Source: Antedon mediterranea | Taxonomy: Eukaryota; Animalia; Echinodermata | DNA: 64,000 nucleotides | Direction of reading: 5' to 3' | Assembly (NCBI RefSeq): GCF_964355755.1 | Contig: NC_092671.1 | Coordinates: forward strand, 23,386,070 to 23,450,069 | Shown here: positions 1-13,039 of the stretch, one piece after another | How positions within the stretch are numbered: position 1 is the stretch's first letter | How the letters are laid out: each line of letters begins with the position of its first letter | Notes under the pieces: generated by a model | Database searches by the model: none | The model's input: only the letters and a program-made list of their open reading frames with translations | What the model was told of the DNA's origin: nothing | Program-made: the position numbers and the translations under genes

Positions 1-704
1 AACTTTTAACTAATTATTGTAAAAGTTATAACCTTTTAAAAATGCTTCCAATTTCAACTGCAAAAAATACAATTTTCAGGCAAAAAATCGTATATTTTTT
101 TACCACTTTAAATAACCATAACTTTAGAACGGGTAATCGGATTTCAATCATTTAAATTGCAAAATTCTAATTACATTAAGTTCTTTATGGTTAACTGGAA
201 GAAAAAGTAAAAAAATTAATCTGAATTTTTTCATTGGGATACTTATATACAGTGATGTTGCAATAACAGAGTGAGATGAGATCAGTATTGAGATGTCACG
301 TATCTTCCCCAAAATCGGAAAGCTCTTTGAAATACACGTAAACACTTGGGTTGCGTGACCGCAATTTTACAGACCGTGGGAAAATAGTTTGAAAGTTGTG
401 TTTAGGAGTAATTTTATTGTAATTTCATGATGGATCAAATTTACTTTATTTAACAGGTATGTAAATATTAACAATTTTTCTGCAGTTTATTCTTATTTGC
501 CTAACTTTTTTTTTTTCCACGGCACCCTTGTTTTGCCGACGGACCGCGATGTGCCGACGGCCCAAGGCCCCCCCCCCCCCCCCCGCCACTGGATACGCCA
601 CTGCTTACAGTACCGATTATGATTAATCAATTGTGTGATGAAACAAATTGCAAAGAATTTTTCATTTTTTTTTTTCTTTTTCTGTTGGATGCAGTGTATA
701 TAGA

Positions 705-1156
705 TGTCACAAACTCCTCTTACGTATGTTTCCGAGCCGTTGAAAATACTTTAGGAACTCCCTTGTGACAAAAGTATACACACAAAATCCACAAAGTTTT
801 AAAATAACTCAAAAACAAAGCTCTAATTTCAATCAACTTCAGCTTTCAACAATCCCGTAAGCACTTTAAACAACAGCTTCACAATAACTTTTACAATTGA
901 ATATCCAACAACCTTACAATAGTTTTACATCCCTTTATATACAAGATGTTCCTATCCTTGTAGATCATTCTTTATACTTCTTATTCTATGGGATTATAGT
1001 TTCTATTAATAGCACTTCTGGAATGTAACTGATTGTTCCTATTAATTATACATGGTTTCTTAAATCAAAACATCTTATTCTAGAATGTTCATGTAGACTC
1101 TATAATACTGTGTTAGGAATGGTAATTTATTACAATAGAATAGCCATATGGCTACA
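705..1156 (-). mobile_element. Probable solo LTR (~452 bp)
   Basis: Minus strand reads TGTAGCC...TTTGTGACA (TG...CA ends) with an internal TATATAAAG box. Flanks TAGA/TAGT resemble a 4-bp TSD with one mismatch. Confidence 0.5.
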
Positions 1157-1238
1157 TAGTTAGGGAAAGAACTGTAGGACTACCTGTAGAAGACTGACGA
1201 ACGTCATATCAGCCATAACAGACATGGAGATTTATATA

Positions 1239-1316
1239 CCGTATATTTCGGTGTATAAGACGCACTTTTGACACGCAAATTTGACCTCTAAATTTTGGGT
1301 GCGTCTTATACACAGG
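1239..1316 (+). mobile_element. End fragment of a Tc1/mariner (Tc2-like) MITE
   Basis: TA+CCGTATATTTCGGTGTATAAGACGCAC matches the termini of the full copies at 17660-18460 and 45515-46375. Confidence 0.75.
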
Positions 1317-1861
1317 TAACCTCCTCACGCACCCTTAAAAAGCTAGTTAACAGTGTATAGTAGCTAGCTAGGAGGCGTACCTAGCCTATTAAAAATAGTG
1401 TACTACTCTGCAATGTAGGCCTAGCTAGTTACTCCTGTCTAATTACACTGTGGTAACAAGTTTATTGAATTTTTAATTAAGGTAAATTGCCATCCTCAAC
1501 TGTACAGTATTAATTAATATTTACAGTACTTGCATGAGATATTCTACCCAGGCCTAGTACTCTTTGAACTCATGGGTGTGTATTCTAGCAGCATGCAGCA
1601 TCACAGCACAACACATTTATGGAAGAGTCCATTAATTACGGTGGTGGTATTTTAATTACAAAATACTATTTCCCTTGATCATGGTGGTTTATTTTATTAC
1701 ATCTCTATGTCAACAATCACATAATTTTATAATCATGTAGGCAATAGTTCGTATGTCAAGTGATATTCAAAAGAGCGTGTTGTTATTGTGTTAAGTAGCT
1801 TCTCCATATGTCTTATAATGTGCTGGCCATCAGATAAGGAGAACATGGTTTTAGGGGTGCT

Positions 1862-2112
1862 GGTCAACCCGTACCCAAACCAACCCGTACCCATGCCAAC
1901 GCGTACCCAACTGGACTAACCCGTACCCAAATAATTGGTCAACTCGTACCCACTTTGGCTAACCCGTACCCAAACCAACCCGTACCATATGCCTTACCTA
2001 AATATTTGGCTTACTCGTACCCATTATTTTGCTTACCCGTACACATTTTTGGCTTACTCGTACCCATTATTTGGCCTACTCGTACCCATTATTTGGCCTA
2101 CTCGTACCCAAT
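1862..2112 (+). repeat. Tandem array of ~11-22 bp units with an (A/T)C(C/T)CGTACCCA core
   Basis: About a dozen CGTACC cores, spaced 11-22 bp apart. Looks like a subterminal array of a DNA transposon end, but no inverted partner was seen. Confidence 0.75.
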
Positions 2113-2289
2113 TTGAATAATTACTAGTGGTATGCTTTTGCCGTATGAATATTTTTATATTTAAATTGTTTTTTTATTTTACAGGTGTCGGTGAAATGTG
2201 TGCTAATAAAAATGACTATTTGATTTGATTGTAAACTTTGTTTAATTAGGCATATAGGCCTATTTGTTAACATTTATTTAAATGTAGTA

Positions 2290-3373
2290 CAGTCAACTCT
2301 CCCAATTCCGGAATCCGGACAAATTATGAAGTACAAAACACGAAAATTAGCGTCTGAAAACCGGACTGACAGTTAAAAAACTCCAAATATTTACGAAAAC
2401 AACGTAATATCGTCGTCGCTGACTCGGATTCAATACATTCACAATGTACAAAAGCTTTTAACCATACCCTGACCGGACCATGCATGAAGTGCGCGACGTT
2501 TCGCGGTACGATCAAATAATGTTGCCATGGAGCGCTACACTGTGATTGACAGGTCAGTTCATTGTTAACCCACAAAGCGGCAATTGCTTTGTTGCGTATC
2601 GAACTGCGGTGAAGCGCTATGTCTTAATGTCTATTGTTTTTAGCAGGGAGTTGTTAACAACTCCCTGTTTTTTAGCATATGAATTGTTTTTTAATAAAGT
2701 TCAATTTACATTCCACTTTGTGTCTTTGTTTTGTTTAAATTATTGTTAAATTCTAACTAGTGTTAATAATCTTTGAAATTTTACCAATTAATTATTGTGT
2801 CATTATTGCTTGGCTCGTTTATTGCTATCAAATTACGTCAAAATAAAGGAGCTTAAAAAACATGTGGTCTAAAAGTGTGGGTGTTTTATTTGATTATGAC
2901 ACCTCTGCACATGCGCATCAATCAAAGCCCCGCTCTGCTATTTTTATCACCCATGCTGCTGCTAGCTCGCGATAAACAATAAACGACCAAAATTATGTTC
3001 ACCGTACGTACGTAGGCCTAGCCTAGGCCTTTTTGCCGCTAAAAACACATTGAGAAACAATAATTTACTACTGTAACATGTTTTATTGGTACAGTAAATA
3101 ATGTAACTTTTAAAAAAGGTAAATTGAATTAGCTTAATATTAATAAAGTAGGCCTAGGTCTATCAGTATTATTTAATTAAAACTAGCTTAACACAATCAT
3201 AGCCTAGGCCTTCCCTACGCTAGACCGTACCAGGCAGCATTCGGACCGGTGATTCAAAGCATTTTCAGTGACAACGTGATGACTTTAAAAATATGTTTTC
3301 AGGAAACAGGACTTTCGAAAAACCGGAAAATATATGCCCGCCCAAGGGTGTCCGGTATTGGGAGAGTTGACTG
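2290..3373. mobile_element. Tc1/mariner (pogo/Tigger-type) MITE
   Basis: TIR CAGTCAACTCTCCCAAT / ATTGGGAGAGTTGACTG, with TA on both sides. Confidence 0.85.
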
Positions 3374-3624
3374 TATTATAGTTTTATAAACGCATGTTTG
3401 ATGTGTCTTTTTTATTTACATAAAAGAACATTAATTAATAAAAAAATAGTTTAACTGTTGTATAGTATTACAATTCAATTATAACTTTTATACCTATCAA
3501 TTTTTATTTATCACCTAATTATCTTCCCTGATTACATTCGATCAAGTAATTATTATTTCTATTGTATTGGTATATTTAAAATTGGTTGAATTACACGCCC
3601 TGTTTTAAGCAAAAAGCCTGCTGG

Positions 3625-4500
3625 ACTATGGGGTCGAATTACTCGTAGAGTGTTTTTGCTGACCGGGATTAACCTTTTATTTTATTATAAAAAAACACAC
3701 ATTTATAGGGCGTCAAATTTATAAACGACTCAGTAATGACGTATGATCGTTTTCCATATATTTTATTAATAATTCAGTGAAATGATCATATACACGTACT
3801 GTAAGGCCTGTAGGGCTATGGGGTCGAATTACTCGTAGATTTCGTGTCACATGTTTTTGCTGACGGGGATTAACCTTTTATCATAAAAAAACACGCATTT
3901 ATAGGGCGTCTAAGAGACGATTTACAAATAGTTTCTTTCCAGAAGCTATTAGAGCCTTAAACATCATGTAGACACTTTTTGTAATGTTTTTGAGTTCGTG
4001 TTGTGTCCGTTGGATATTGTGCTCCGCCAACAGAGCAAACAGAATTTCTATGTTTTTTTTTCTTAAAACAAATGACAATAAATGATACTTGACTTGACCT
4101 CACTCAGTAATGAAATATGATCGTTTTCCATATATTTTATCTATTAATAATTCAGTGAAATGATCATGTACTGTAAGGCAATTAAACATTTTAGCAGATT
4201 TTCTTCTATAACAGCTACGTGTTTTTGCTGACTGGGGATTCCTCTTTTATACTGTATTTAAAAAAACCGCATTTGTAGGTTGTCAAAAAATAGACAACGC
4301 AATGTGCCGTATGATCGTTTTCTATTTCTTTTTTTTTCTTAAATAATTCAGTAAAATGATCTGTTTGTTTACGGCAATTAATTTTTGGTAGATGTTTCCT
4401 CAATAACAGCTACGTGTTTTTGCTGACGAGGGATTCCCTTTAAAAAAAAATAAATATGCATTCTATAATGTGTCAAATAAGACAAATGAATGACCTACGA
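3625..4500 (+). repeat. Degenerate complex tandem duplication (~190-200 bp modules)
   Basis: TGTTTTTGCTGAC.GGGATT recurs at ~3652, 3852, 4220 and 4415. TATGATCGTTTTC and AATAATTCAGT recur at ~3742, 4116 and 4310. Confidence 0.7.
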
Positions 4501-5132
4501 TTGTTTTTCCATGGCAACTGATGTCGTCTTATTTACTAAGATAATATAAACGTTCTGAAGGCCTACCTACACGTGTCTGAGTACTTACATCATTCAGCGA
4601 TGAGATGATTTATTTTTTTCATTTTAGTAGTATTTATTTCGGTTTTTAGTCATAATAATACAGCAATAATCATTATAAAATGAAAACATAATAACAGCAA
4701 ATGTCGTCGTTTGTAAATGTTAAATTGTTGGAGGTTACCTTTTATTATTCTCACATCCATCATGTCGTACAGTATTAAGGAAAGTATCTCAATTTATATA
4801 ACCGCAAAAATCCTAGAAAAGACAATGGGCATTACACCAAGATTATGTATGGTTTAAGGTCATGAAAGTGACTACGTAGCACACTATGTAAAACTAACAG
4901 ATATCTTAATTCACTCATACCTTTTTCCATCCATGCTTTCAATGACAAATACTGTTGAATCACCTTGTAGTTTATTTTGTATAGTGTATCTTTTTGTATC
5001 TGTTGATATTTATTTTACTTATATATTTTGTATGTTGTTTTAATGTTATGTGAGCGATTGTGCCTGTCATGAATTTCCGCAAGGACCAAATAAATCTGAA
5101 TCTAATACCAGTATCTTTTGGGTTTTTTTCAG

Positions 5133-5204
5133 AGGTTTCGATTTTGTGGAGATCTTGATTGCCCTGATTGGGTTTTAGCAGAAATTAGCATATTGTCAAA
5201 AATA
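5133..5204 (+). CDS. COMMD4: COMM domain-containing protein 4, internal coding exon ([24 protein letters not shown])
   Basis: ttttttcag acceptor, gtgagt donor, 72 bp, phase 0. The peptide is the highly conserved COMMD4 N-terminus following the initiator Met. Confidence 0.95.
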
Positions 5205-5692
5205 GTGAGTACATTTTTACATAAATTTAATTTTAATTTTATTGAACCATGTTTCATGAGTGTAGCCCATCCAGCAAAGCTAATCATTAGTGCCCTCGAC
5301 AAAAAACTACTATAAATATAAAAATGTACAATTTTAAAATCAAAAGCAAATTTCAAAAGATCAGAAAACTAGTTAAATTGAGGACATGGATCTCCATGGA
5401 TAAGATTGTTTAAAAACTTTCTTAAAATTTCCAACAGTAGATTGGCGCATAGATTCAAGATTCAATTTTATTTTGCCAATTAAAATGGAAATAATATAAG
5501 TACATTTTCAAAATTTTAAAATGTATATTAAAATTATTACTATACAATATTTATATTGTTTGGAATATTGAAAATTCCATGTCTAAAGATATGAAAAACA
5601 TCTGCCTTTGGATAAAAAAGAATAAATTAAGTATAAATATTGAGAAAACTAAAATTATGCTTCTGGGTACAAATCGCCGATTATCAGACCAT

Positions 5693-6164
5693 GGTACTGG
5701 TACTGGTACTGGTACTGGTTCAAATAACCGTCTCACAGAGACATCTGGTAGCCATTGACTTAAAGTTGGCATTTTTATGTGTTATTTTTAAATGTACAGT
5801 ACGAGAGTGACTACTACAGTACTTAATTGCACAGTCACAAAACAACTTATAAAACAGTTCATATATACAGTTAAAACATTGCTGGGAATTATAAATTTCT
5901 GTTGAAGCAGGCTCCAATGAAGTTGCATCTAGTAAGTTGACTTTGTTGTACAACTCTAGGGCTCAAGTACTGATGGTATCTTCCGACCTCTTCGTTTATT
6001 TTGTGTTGTGTGAAAAGTAAGAATTTTTGTAGGATCTTCATTTTCTTTTCTAATTACATGTCCGATCCAGTTGAATTGTTGCTTGTAGACATATTCTTCT
6101 AGCGGTTGACAGCCAGTAATTTTGTAGAGATCGTCATTATCAATTACGTAACGCTAGTCTATAT
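5693..6164 (-). mobile_element. 5'-truncated RTE-type LINE 3' end with (ACCAGT)n tail
   Basis: Near-identical reverse complement of ~43790-44236. Confidence 0.9.
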
Positions 6165-6178
6165 GATTTCAAGATTAA

Positions 6179-6650
6179 AGATGTATTGTCCCTTTGACTA
6201 ATTCCCAAAAAATAAAAAATAAAAGATTTCGAAAAAAGGGGGGTCATTTTGAAGTATCATAATAGTTATTAACTATCACCAAAAATTTTGTGAAAAATTT
6301 AACTGAAATACAGACGTTTTTTTGACTTCCAGTCAAAGTTTTCGATCAAAACATATCCTATAATGAAACGCGCTTGTTTGGCTACTCTGTATGTATTAAT
6401 CATAAAACTTCCTCATGATCTGTGTGAAAATACCTTCTTAACCGTGACAAGTTGTAAACAATCCTAATTAGCATATGCTTAATGCATACTCATGGTTTGA
6501 AATCTTTGTTTACTTTCGCTCGCGACGATTTTCCAGATGAAGTAATCAAACTAATTTACCTGTTAATTACGTAAACTTGTTGTTTTTGGCTCGAATTTTC
6601 GACTTAAAGTGAATAACTTTTTTTTTTGTGTTTCAAGGGACAATACATCT
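6179..6650. mobile_element. Kolobok-type MITE
   Basis: TTAA + AGATGTATTGTCCC ... GGGACAATACATCT + TTAA (TTAA TSD, purine-purine termini). Confidence 0.85.
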
Positions 6651-7149
6651 TTAATGTAAATAATTATGAATTAGATAGAGTTAATACATTTAAATGTCTT
6701 CGTGTAGTTATTGATGACCAGTTAACTTGGCATGACCATGTGAAATCTGTATCCAAGAAGGTAAATACAAAATTTGGCAAATTTCTGCCATAAAAAACAG
6801 GAAGACTTTTTTTCAGTAGTTAGGTAGTTTTAATAACCTAATGTAATAACATGTCTGGTGACTCCCTAGGAGGTGAAAAAAGATGGTGGATATACGGTGG
6901 ATAATTTTTTGCTTTCGCATGAAAATAAAAATCTGAAGTTGAATAAAAATACTAGAAATGTAAAATTCAAGTTATATTACCTACTGTATATTTAGTCATC
7001 TGAATAACATTTTTTACCATAGCTTTTTAAAATGCCTCTCTATTTACAAAATTTGTGTACAAAAGAATAAAGATTTTACTGTGTAATTTACTGACAATAA
7101 AAGCAAGCAACAAAGAACATCAAAAATACTATAAAAATTTACATTATAC

Positions 7150-7415
7150 AGGTTCCTGTGATTAGTCTACATTTCTTCACGATGCAGTTTTATCTTCTTT
7201 ACATTTTGCTTACCACACAACACAGCAGAAAGCGATGACACTTTCAACCACTGATGAACAAATTTAATATTGACTTGTCCACTCCAAATTTATTTAGTTT
7301 CCTAAGAAAGAACAGTCGCATATTTCCTATACGTATAGTATTTTCACATTGTTCAGCCCAATTTAAATCATTGTCATGGTCAATGGTAATACCTAGATAT
7401 TTGTAATTATTTACT
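7150..7415 (-). mobile_element. Rex1/Babar-like LINE RT C-terminal fragment
   Basis: Translates to YKYLGITID..LNW..RLFFLRKLNKFGVDKSIL. A probable upstream piece of the same family lies at 11150-11312 (LQDCFESTDW). Confidence 0.6.
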
Positions 7416-8510
7416 TTTATTTATTTATTTATTTATTTCATAATCTCATTCAACAGCGGGAAACCCGCCGCTTACAGAATGGAATAAAATATATCTTAAG
7501 ACCTATACAAAACAAATTTATACAACAATCTTACTAATTTTATTACAAAAACAATTATAACGGTCAAAAAAGAGATCAATAGAATTATCTTTAACCACAC
7601 AATTATTAAAAAGAAGACAAATACATGAGATAAATCCATTCTTGGTAACATTGACACAACAATACGGCACATAAAGAAGATTACATTTAGAATTACAAGT
7701 ACGAAAACCAACAGCTTTAACATGAAAGGAAAACAAGGAGATAAAATTACAATTGAAACGCGAATTCATACATTTACATTATACAAAATCTGAAGATCGA
7801 AACATGGAAGGGAGAGAGACAGATAAAGTGACAAGTAAAATACACAAAACGTACAAAACGATCTTGGACTCTTTGAAGACGGGTACTATGAGCAGACGAA
7901 AACGAATTAGACACAACACTACAGGATGGGGACGGACAAGTTAAACATATAAATAAATTAAAGTATTAATTTATAAAAATAAAAAAATATGGCTTAAAAG
8001 ATAATGGCTTAGCACCAAGCTTGAGAGTGTTATTAGGTATAAGATCATTACCTTTAGCTTTACGAGTATCGAAAAAATTAAAAAGGTCAGCGACTTCAGT
8101 TCTGACAATGGGGATAGAAGAACAGAGTTTACCAATAGGGTAGTCAGGCGAATACACTGAAGAACCTCTATGATTCAATGCTGAAGGCTGACCGTCATTT
8201 CATTTATAAGACTCCACAAAGACCAACAGTTTTTGTTGTTATTTTTCATTTCATTAGCAAATGACAGTAAGTATGAATAATACTTACTTTGACTGTTCTT
8301 TAGCCTTAAGACTAGCAAGTAGTTCAGTATCGAACCATGGAGGTAGCTTCCTGCGTGGTTTATACATTAGAACAAGATCACGAACGATAGCCAAAACTAA
8401 ATCATAAAATACTACTAAATCATCAACATTATTGCACAAGTCTTAAAGATTCAAGGGAATTCGATTTAGAGTTTCAATTAAGTCAGCATGATCTAATTTC
8501 TTAAAATTAA
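7416..8510 (-). mobile_element. Internally deleted CR1-type LINE with (TAAA)n tail
   Basis: LPPWFD, KAKGNDLIPNNTLK and LVRP motifs on the minus strand; TTTA repeats at 7416-7440 mark the 3' tail. Confidence 0.65.
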
Positions 8511-8899
8511 TTGATGATTTTACAGACGTTTTTTCGCATACTCTATGTTCAATATTTTGTTCTATGTAACGCCAAAATAAAAACGAACGAACGCTCCATA
8601 GAAACGAAAATATTGAAAGTTGAGTATGCGAAAGTGTGAAAGAAACAAGTCTGTAAAATCAATTTTTATTTAATTTTTTTTATCTGAATCTTTTTCATAA
8701 AAGTACTTATGAGGCCTAAATCAAAGGTGTGGTATTCAGAATAAAGTTAGTTGAATTATTTTGGAGTCAAAATACGAGCAGGTGCGATAGGGAAACGCCC
8801 CCTGAAACCAACTGTCCAGTTTGTTTGTTGTGAAACTAAGGTATATATTTACTCAACAGTCGAAAATATTGTGAGTTTCTGTTTGTGATAAGTATTTAA

Positions 8900-10993
8900 A
8901 GTTGTATTGTCCCCCCAAAACATGAAAAATAAAGATGAACAAAATCTAATTTTGAATAGACCATTTTGATCGTATGTAAAGCTGAGCTGTTAATTTGTCG
9001 GTAAGTAGGCCTAGACGGTTATTTTAAATATAATAATATATATAACGCAATAATAACAGGAAGGTAAATTAATTAACTTATCCTGGGATTTTTTCAGTTC
9101 AGGGCTAGGCCTAGAATAATACATGCTGCTGCATATACTAGTAGTAGCAAGAAGACTGGGACAATCGGGTCCCTGTTGAAGATGCCCAGCTAGGCCCTAT
9201 ACATTGTACTCTTCATAGACTGGCCTAGGCTATGCCATCAATCAGCCAGCTTGCTGTACCATATACATTTACAGTTGAAGCTTGTTTAACTAATTTTTAT
9301 GATAAAAGTAAAAGAAACATTTTTCAAGGAAAATGGTTACAATACAAGCCTGAAGTTGAGAACCTTCCAGCAGCACTGTACAAGTAGACAGAGGGGAAAA
9401 GCCAGCTTAGCCATTTTACAACACAAACAAATGTTCTCTGTACTGTAGTAAGTCAAATATTTATTTTCTCTTTTTATAAGTTGTAATGTGTTTTACCAAC
9501 GAAAGGTAGTATACTTATTTGACTATGTCAAAGTAAGCATCACTTGCCCAATTTTGCACTAAATGTGCATGATCTATTTTTAAATACCAAATTCCAGATT
9601 TTCATACTTTGCTTTTACTTTATTTAAAGACGTTGAGCTGATGAAGACTGGAACAGAGGTCACCCAAAGACAACTAATGATAGACTCGGTATTGGAATAT
9701 GATTGGATATTGCAGGAAAAATATTTGTGACTCTCCTGCTGCATTCGGCCAATATGTTCTTGTCCAGCTTGTAAAATGTTGTATAATTTGTTTTGTATAT
9801 TATTTGGTAAACATAACATTCAATAAATAAAAAAAAACTACTACAACAGTACACAGGATAAATTCTTCAAATATACTTGTACTTCATAATTTTACTGTAA
9901 ATATTACAGTGCAAAAGGAGTTAATAAAAAATATATATACAGTATATCTTATTGAATTCCTGTATTGTTTTTTGTGTCAATTTGTCTACTAATTACGGCA
10001 GCTATAGTCTTCTAAGATCGCTCACATTCATTACAAAGTGTCATTTTAATAGTAAGAAACATTTCAATAAATTGTGAATGTTGCCACTGTACGATACATT
10101 TTGTGTTTCTCACTACTTGCTCTTATTGTTCAATCAATGTTAATACCTAAAAAAAAAAAGAAATTTGTGTCAAAATATCTGCATAAAATGTTTATTTGCG
10201 GAATGTAAATTTGAACCAAGTGCATTTGATGCAGAAAATATTTTTAAAATACTCCATCAGTAAACATCCAAAACAATATTTAGATGTATTTGGTAATTTT
10301 CTCTGCCGAATAGATAGTTGAAATCTTTAAAAATTTAACCAACTCATCATGATAGAAACAAAAAATTATAAAACAAAAATACATCCCTTCTGGTGGCCCT
10401 AGCTAGTGTACTGCCTAGGCCTACTACACTCTACTTCTAGAAACAGAAGTACCGTAGGCAGCAGTTAGGCTACTCGAGACTGTCAGTGCTAGTAGTAGTA
10501 GAAGACTAGTACAGTAGCAGCAAATTCGGGCCTAGGCCTAGCTAGGCCTCTCCTGTTAGCGAAACAAAAACTCACCTAAATGAATAAGATTCAACATAGT
10601 TACCAACTGTAATTCTAACTTAGCATTCTGCTAGCTATAGTTTTCGTGTTTTCTTCAAGATTCGTCTCGCATCACTACTCGACTCGCACGCATGCATTGC
10701 TATCGTTGTTGGCTGTTCATTTGGAAAACATCATCCACACGATGTATCCATACAATATGAATATTTATGAGCTAACTCAGGTCAAGGGTTAAATTAAACC
10801 GGAACACATTTGTCTTCCAGACAAATAGCTTCCGGTTGGTTAATTTTTGCTTTAAACTGCGCTTTTCCAGTGTAAAAAAAAATTTTTTTCAATCCAAATT
10901 GAGGTCAAAGTGAATAACTTTTATGTGTAATTAAAATGGCCTATTCAACAAAAATATTGAAAAAACAATTTTTTTCAGGGGGACAATACATCT
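8900..10993. mobile_element. Kolobok-type non-autonomous element (~2.1 kb)
   Basis: TTAA + AGTTGTATTGTCCC ... GGGACAATACATCT + TTAA; same termini as 6179-6650. Confidence 0.85.
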
Positions 10994-11042
10994 TTAATTA
11001 AATTTAAGGTAAAAAGCATTAATAAATGAAACCTACTAATAC

Positions 11043-11062
11043 CATGGAGGTATACCTCCATG
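11043..11062. mobile_element. 20-bp P-element-like remnant with 7-bp TSD
   Basis: CTAATAC + CATGGAGGTATACCTCCATG + CTAATAC; absent from the paralogous site near 57250. Confidence 0.7.
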
Positions 11063-11149
11063 CTAATACTATGTTTAAAATTATTGTTTTTAAGCTGTCG
11101 TATATCTTAGAATGTGTAATCTTAGGTATTGGATCTTGAGTTTTGTGAC

Positions 11150-11312
11150 ACCTGTTTACAGCATCTAAGGAAGCATCAATATCTGAAGGATCAATCAGAG
11201 CAGACCAGTCTGTAGACTCAAAACAATCTTGTAATTGTTCAGTGTCCACACTTTAACGTTCTTCTTGGTGGACTTATCCGATATGATCTTTTGTTTGTAT
11301 GTAGGCATCAAA
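11150..11312 (-). mobile_element. Rex1/Babar-like LINE fragment (EN-RT linker)
   Basis: LMPTYKQK...EQLQDCFESTDWSAL motif typical of this clade. Confidence 0.65.
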
Positions 11313-11382
11313 GTGATCAATTTGTGGATAAACAAAGCATAGATATGCATTCCGTATTGAGCAGAAGCACTGATTTAGAATG

Positions 11383-12680
11383 ACTACTGCTGCGAGGATC
11401 GTAAAACGTATATCCTCGAGTACGATGATATTGACCGAGTAATTTTCGTGTAATTATCATGTCCCTGTCATTAAACATATAAAATAAGTAAATTCTCAAG
11501 TATGATGATAATATTGACTGTGTAATTTTCATGTGGCAACATTTGCATTTGACGATAAATAAACAAAAGTCATCTACTGAGACTTGAACTCACAAAGATT
11601 AGTTCACATCATCATGAGATGTTTTACCTGCTGCGCCATGCAACTTACTTGATCCAGCTCAAAGAATTCATTCGGCCTACCTGATAATAATATGATTAAT
11701 GTAGGCTTATTGATGGAAATTCTTCTGTAAATTTAAACGACCTAGGCCAAAGTGAATATTTTATTGCCAAGGAATCATTAATTAGTATTTATCTGTATAT
11801 TTCTTCTCAATGTAAAGTGTCTAGGCAGGCTTATTTACATACAATACAAAAAGCAGGCCTAGCTACCCGACCCAGCAGATATTCTACTTGTTGGCTATAC
11901 AATATAATATATCGGTAAAATATAAGATTTGACATTCCCTCTGGAATTACATTTGTTCAAACAAAATATCATTCCCTTGGGGATGTCAAATCTTATATTT
12001 AACCTCTAAGCAAGCAATATCTGTATAATATTTCAGTGTCTATTTGTGGAATATGCAAGGGAAAGCATACATAAGTCGGAATTTTCAAAATTGAGATTTT
12101 CACAAATACTAAAACTACATAATCCAAGATTTAAAATTCTGAAAAAAATAGATTGATACCAGACCCTTTCAAAGATATCTCAGTCTAAAGTTTTGGCTGT
12201 TACAATCAGTGTTTTTAGAACAAGCACGAATGTGCGATACTCAGGGTACAGCAAAAGAAGCTGTAACATACATCATCAACCTTGCTACCAAATACGGCAA
12301 TACGGTACCATCTTCGAGACGTCATATGGCTGCATCCGGATTGAAATTAAAAAATCCGGCTCTATAGCTTTGAGGACATGTCCCTGTAGTATATTCATGC
12401 AAAATCCCACCTCAATACTACAATGAATAATGGAGGAGTAGTACTTTAATAAATCGTAAATTGTTTCGATTTGTACCATGTTTATGACGTCGTAATTCTG
12501 CATCCGGTTGAAGTACGAACATTTTCTCTCTATAGCTTTGTTCACCTATTACCCTAGCATATGCATGCCAAGTTTCAGAGCCGTCAGACGACGCGTAAAG
12601 AAATAGTAGGAATTGAAATTTGGCTCAATAGTGTCCAGATGGAAGAGGAGTGAGTCCTAGACTCGGGTACCCCGAGTAAA
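11383..12680 (-). mobile_element. Probable Helentron-type non-autonomous element (HINE) with an embedded tRNA-like A/B box
   Basis: Palindromic end ACTCGGGTACCCCGAGT at ~12661-12678, hairpin CGAGGAT..ATCCTCG at ~11393-11418, and TGGCGCAGCAGG / GAGTTCAAGTC on the minus strand at ~11580-11640. Confidence 0.4.
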
Positions 12681-13039
12681 AATGCTTTTAAATTTAAGTA
12701 CTGTAACAGGAAATGACAAATACAAACAAATAAACAGGCCGCTTCAGTTTACGCCTTAGCAAAAGGGTATTCTAATTGTTTTATTTCAATGAAACTTCGC
12801 ACCTTCCTTAATTAACTATTGTCTATTATTATGCAAAATTTTCATTAAAATCAACCCACTGGAACACTTCTCAATTTAAGCATAACACATGATTTTATGA
12901 AAATCATACATAATTTACACCATCTTTTTACCAATTTATTTGTCTGAAAATAAATACTGTTTCAGCTATCATTTTCTGTAAAAATAAAAAAAAATTGTTC
13001 AGTCTTTTTTTGTATTGTTATGGATTGGATTTGAGTACT

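Larger units (their letters stand above)
5500..6780 (+). mobile_element. CR1/L2-type LINE RT fragment split by two insertions
   Basis: Reads NKLSINIEKTKIMLLGTNRRLSDH | DFKI | NVNNYELDRVNTFKCL..VIDDQLTWHDHV across the RTE and Kolobok insertions. Confidence 0.75.
8515..11152 (+). mobile_element. Partial, diverged copy of the MULE-like MITE family (cf. 56324-57402), interrupted by a Kolobok element
   Basis: Colinear similarity to ~56540-57400, ending in TTTTGTGACACC. Confidence 0.65.

Noticed and set aside
1119-1127. ATG|GTAATT as COMMD4 exon 1
   Set aside because: Lies inside the putative solo LTR with no promoter evidence; exon 1 is probably upstream of the window.
1862-2112. CRISPR-like repeat-spacer array
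   Set aside because: Eukaryotic context, no unique spacers of constant length, no cas genes.
5385-5398. CATGGATCTCCATG as a third P-type remnant
   Set aside because: No flanking direct repeat is visible.
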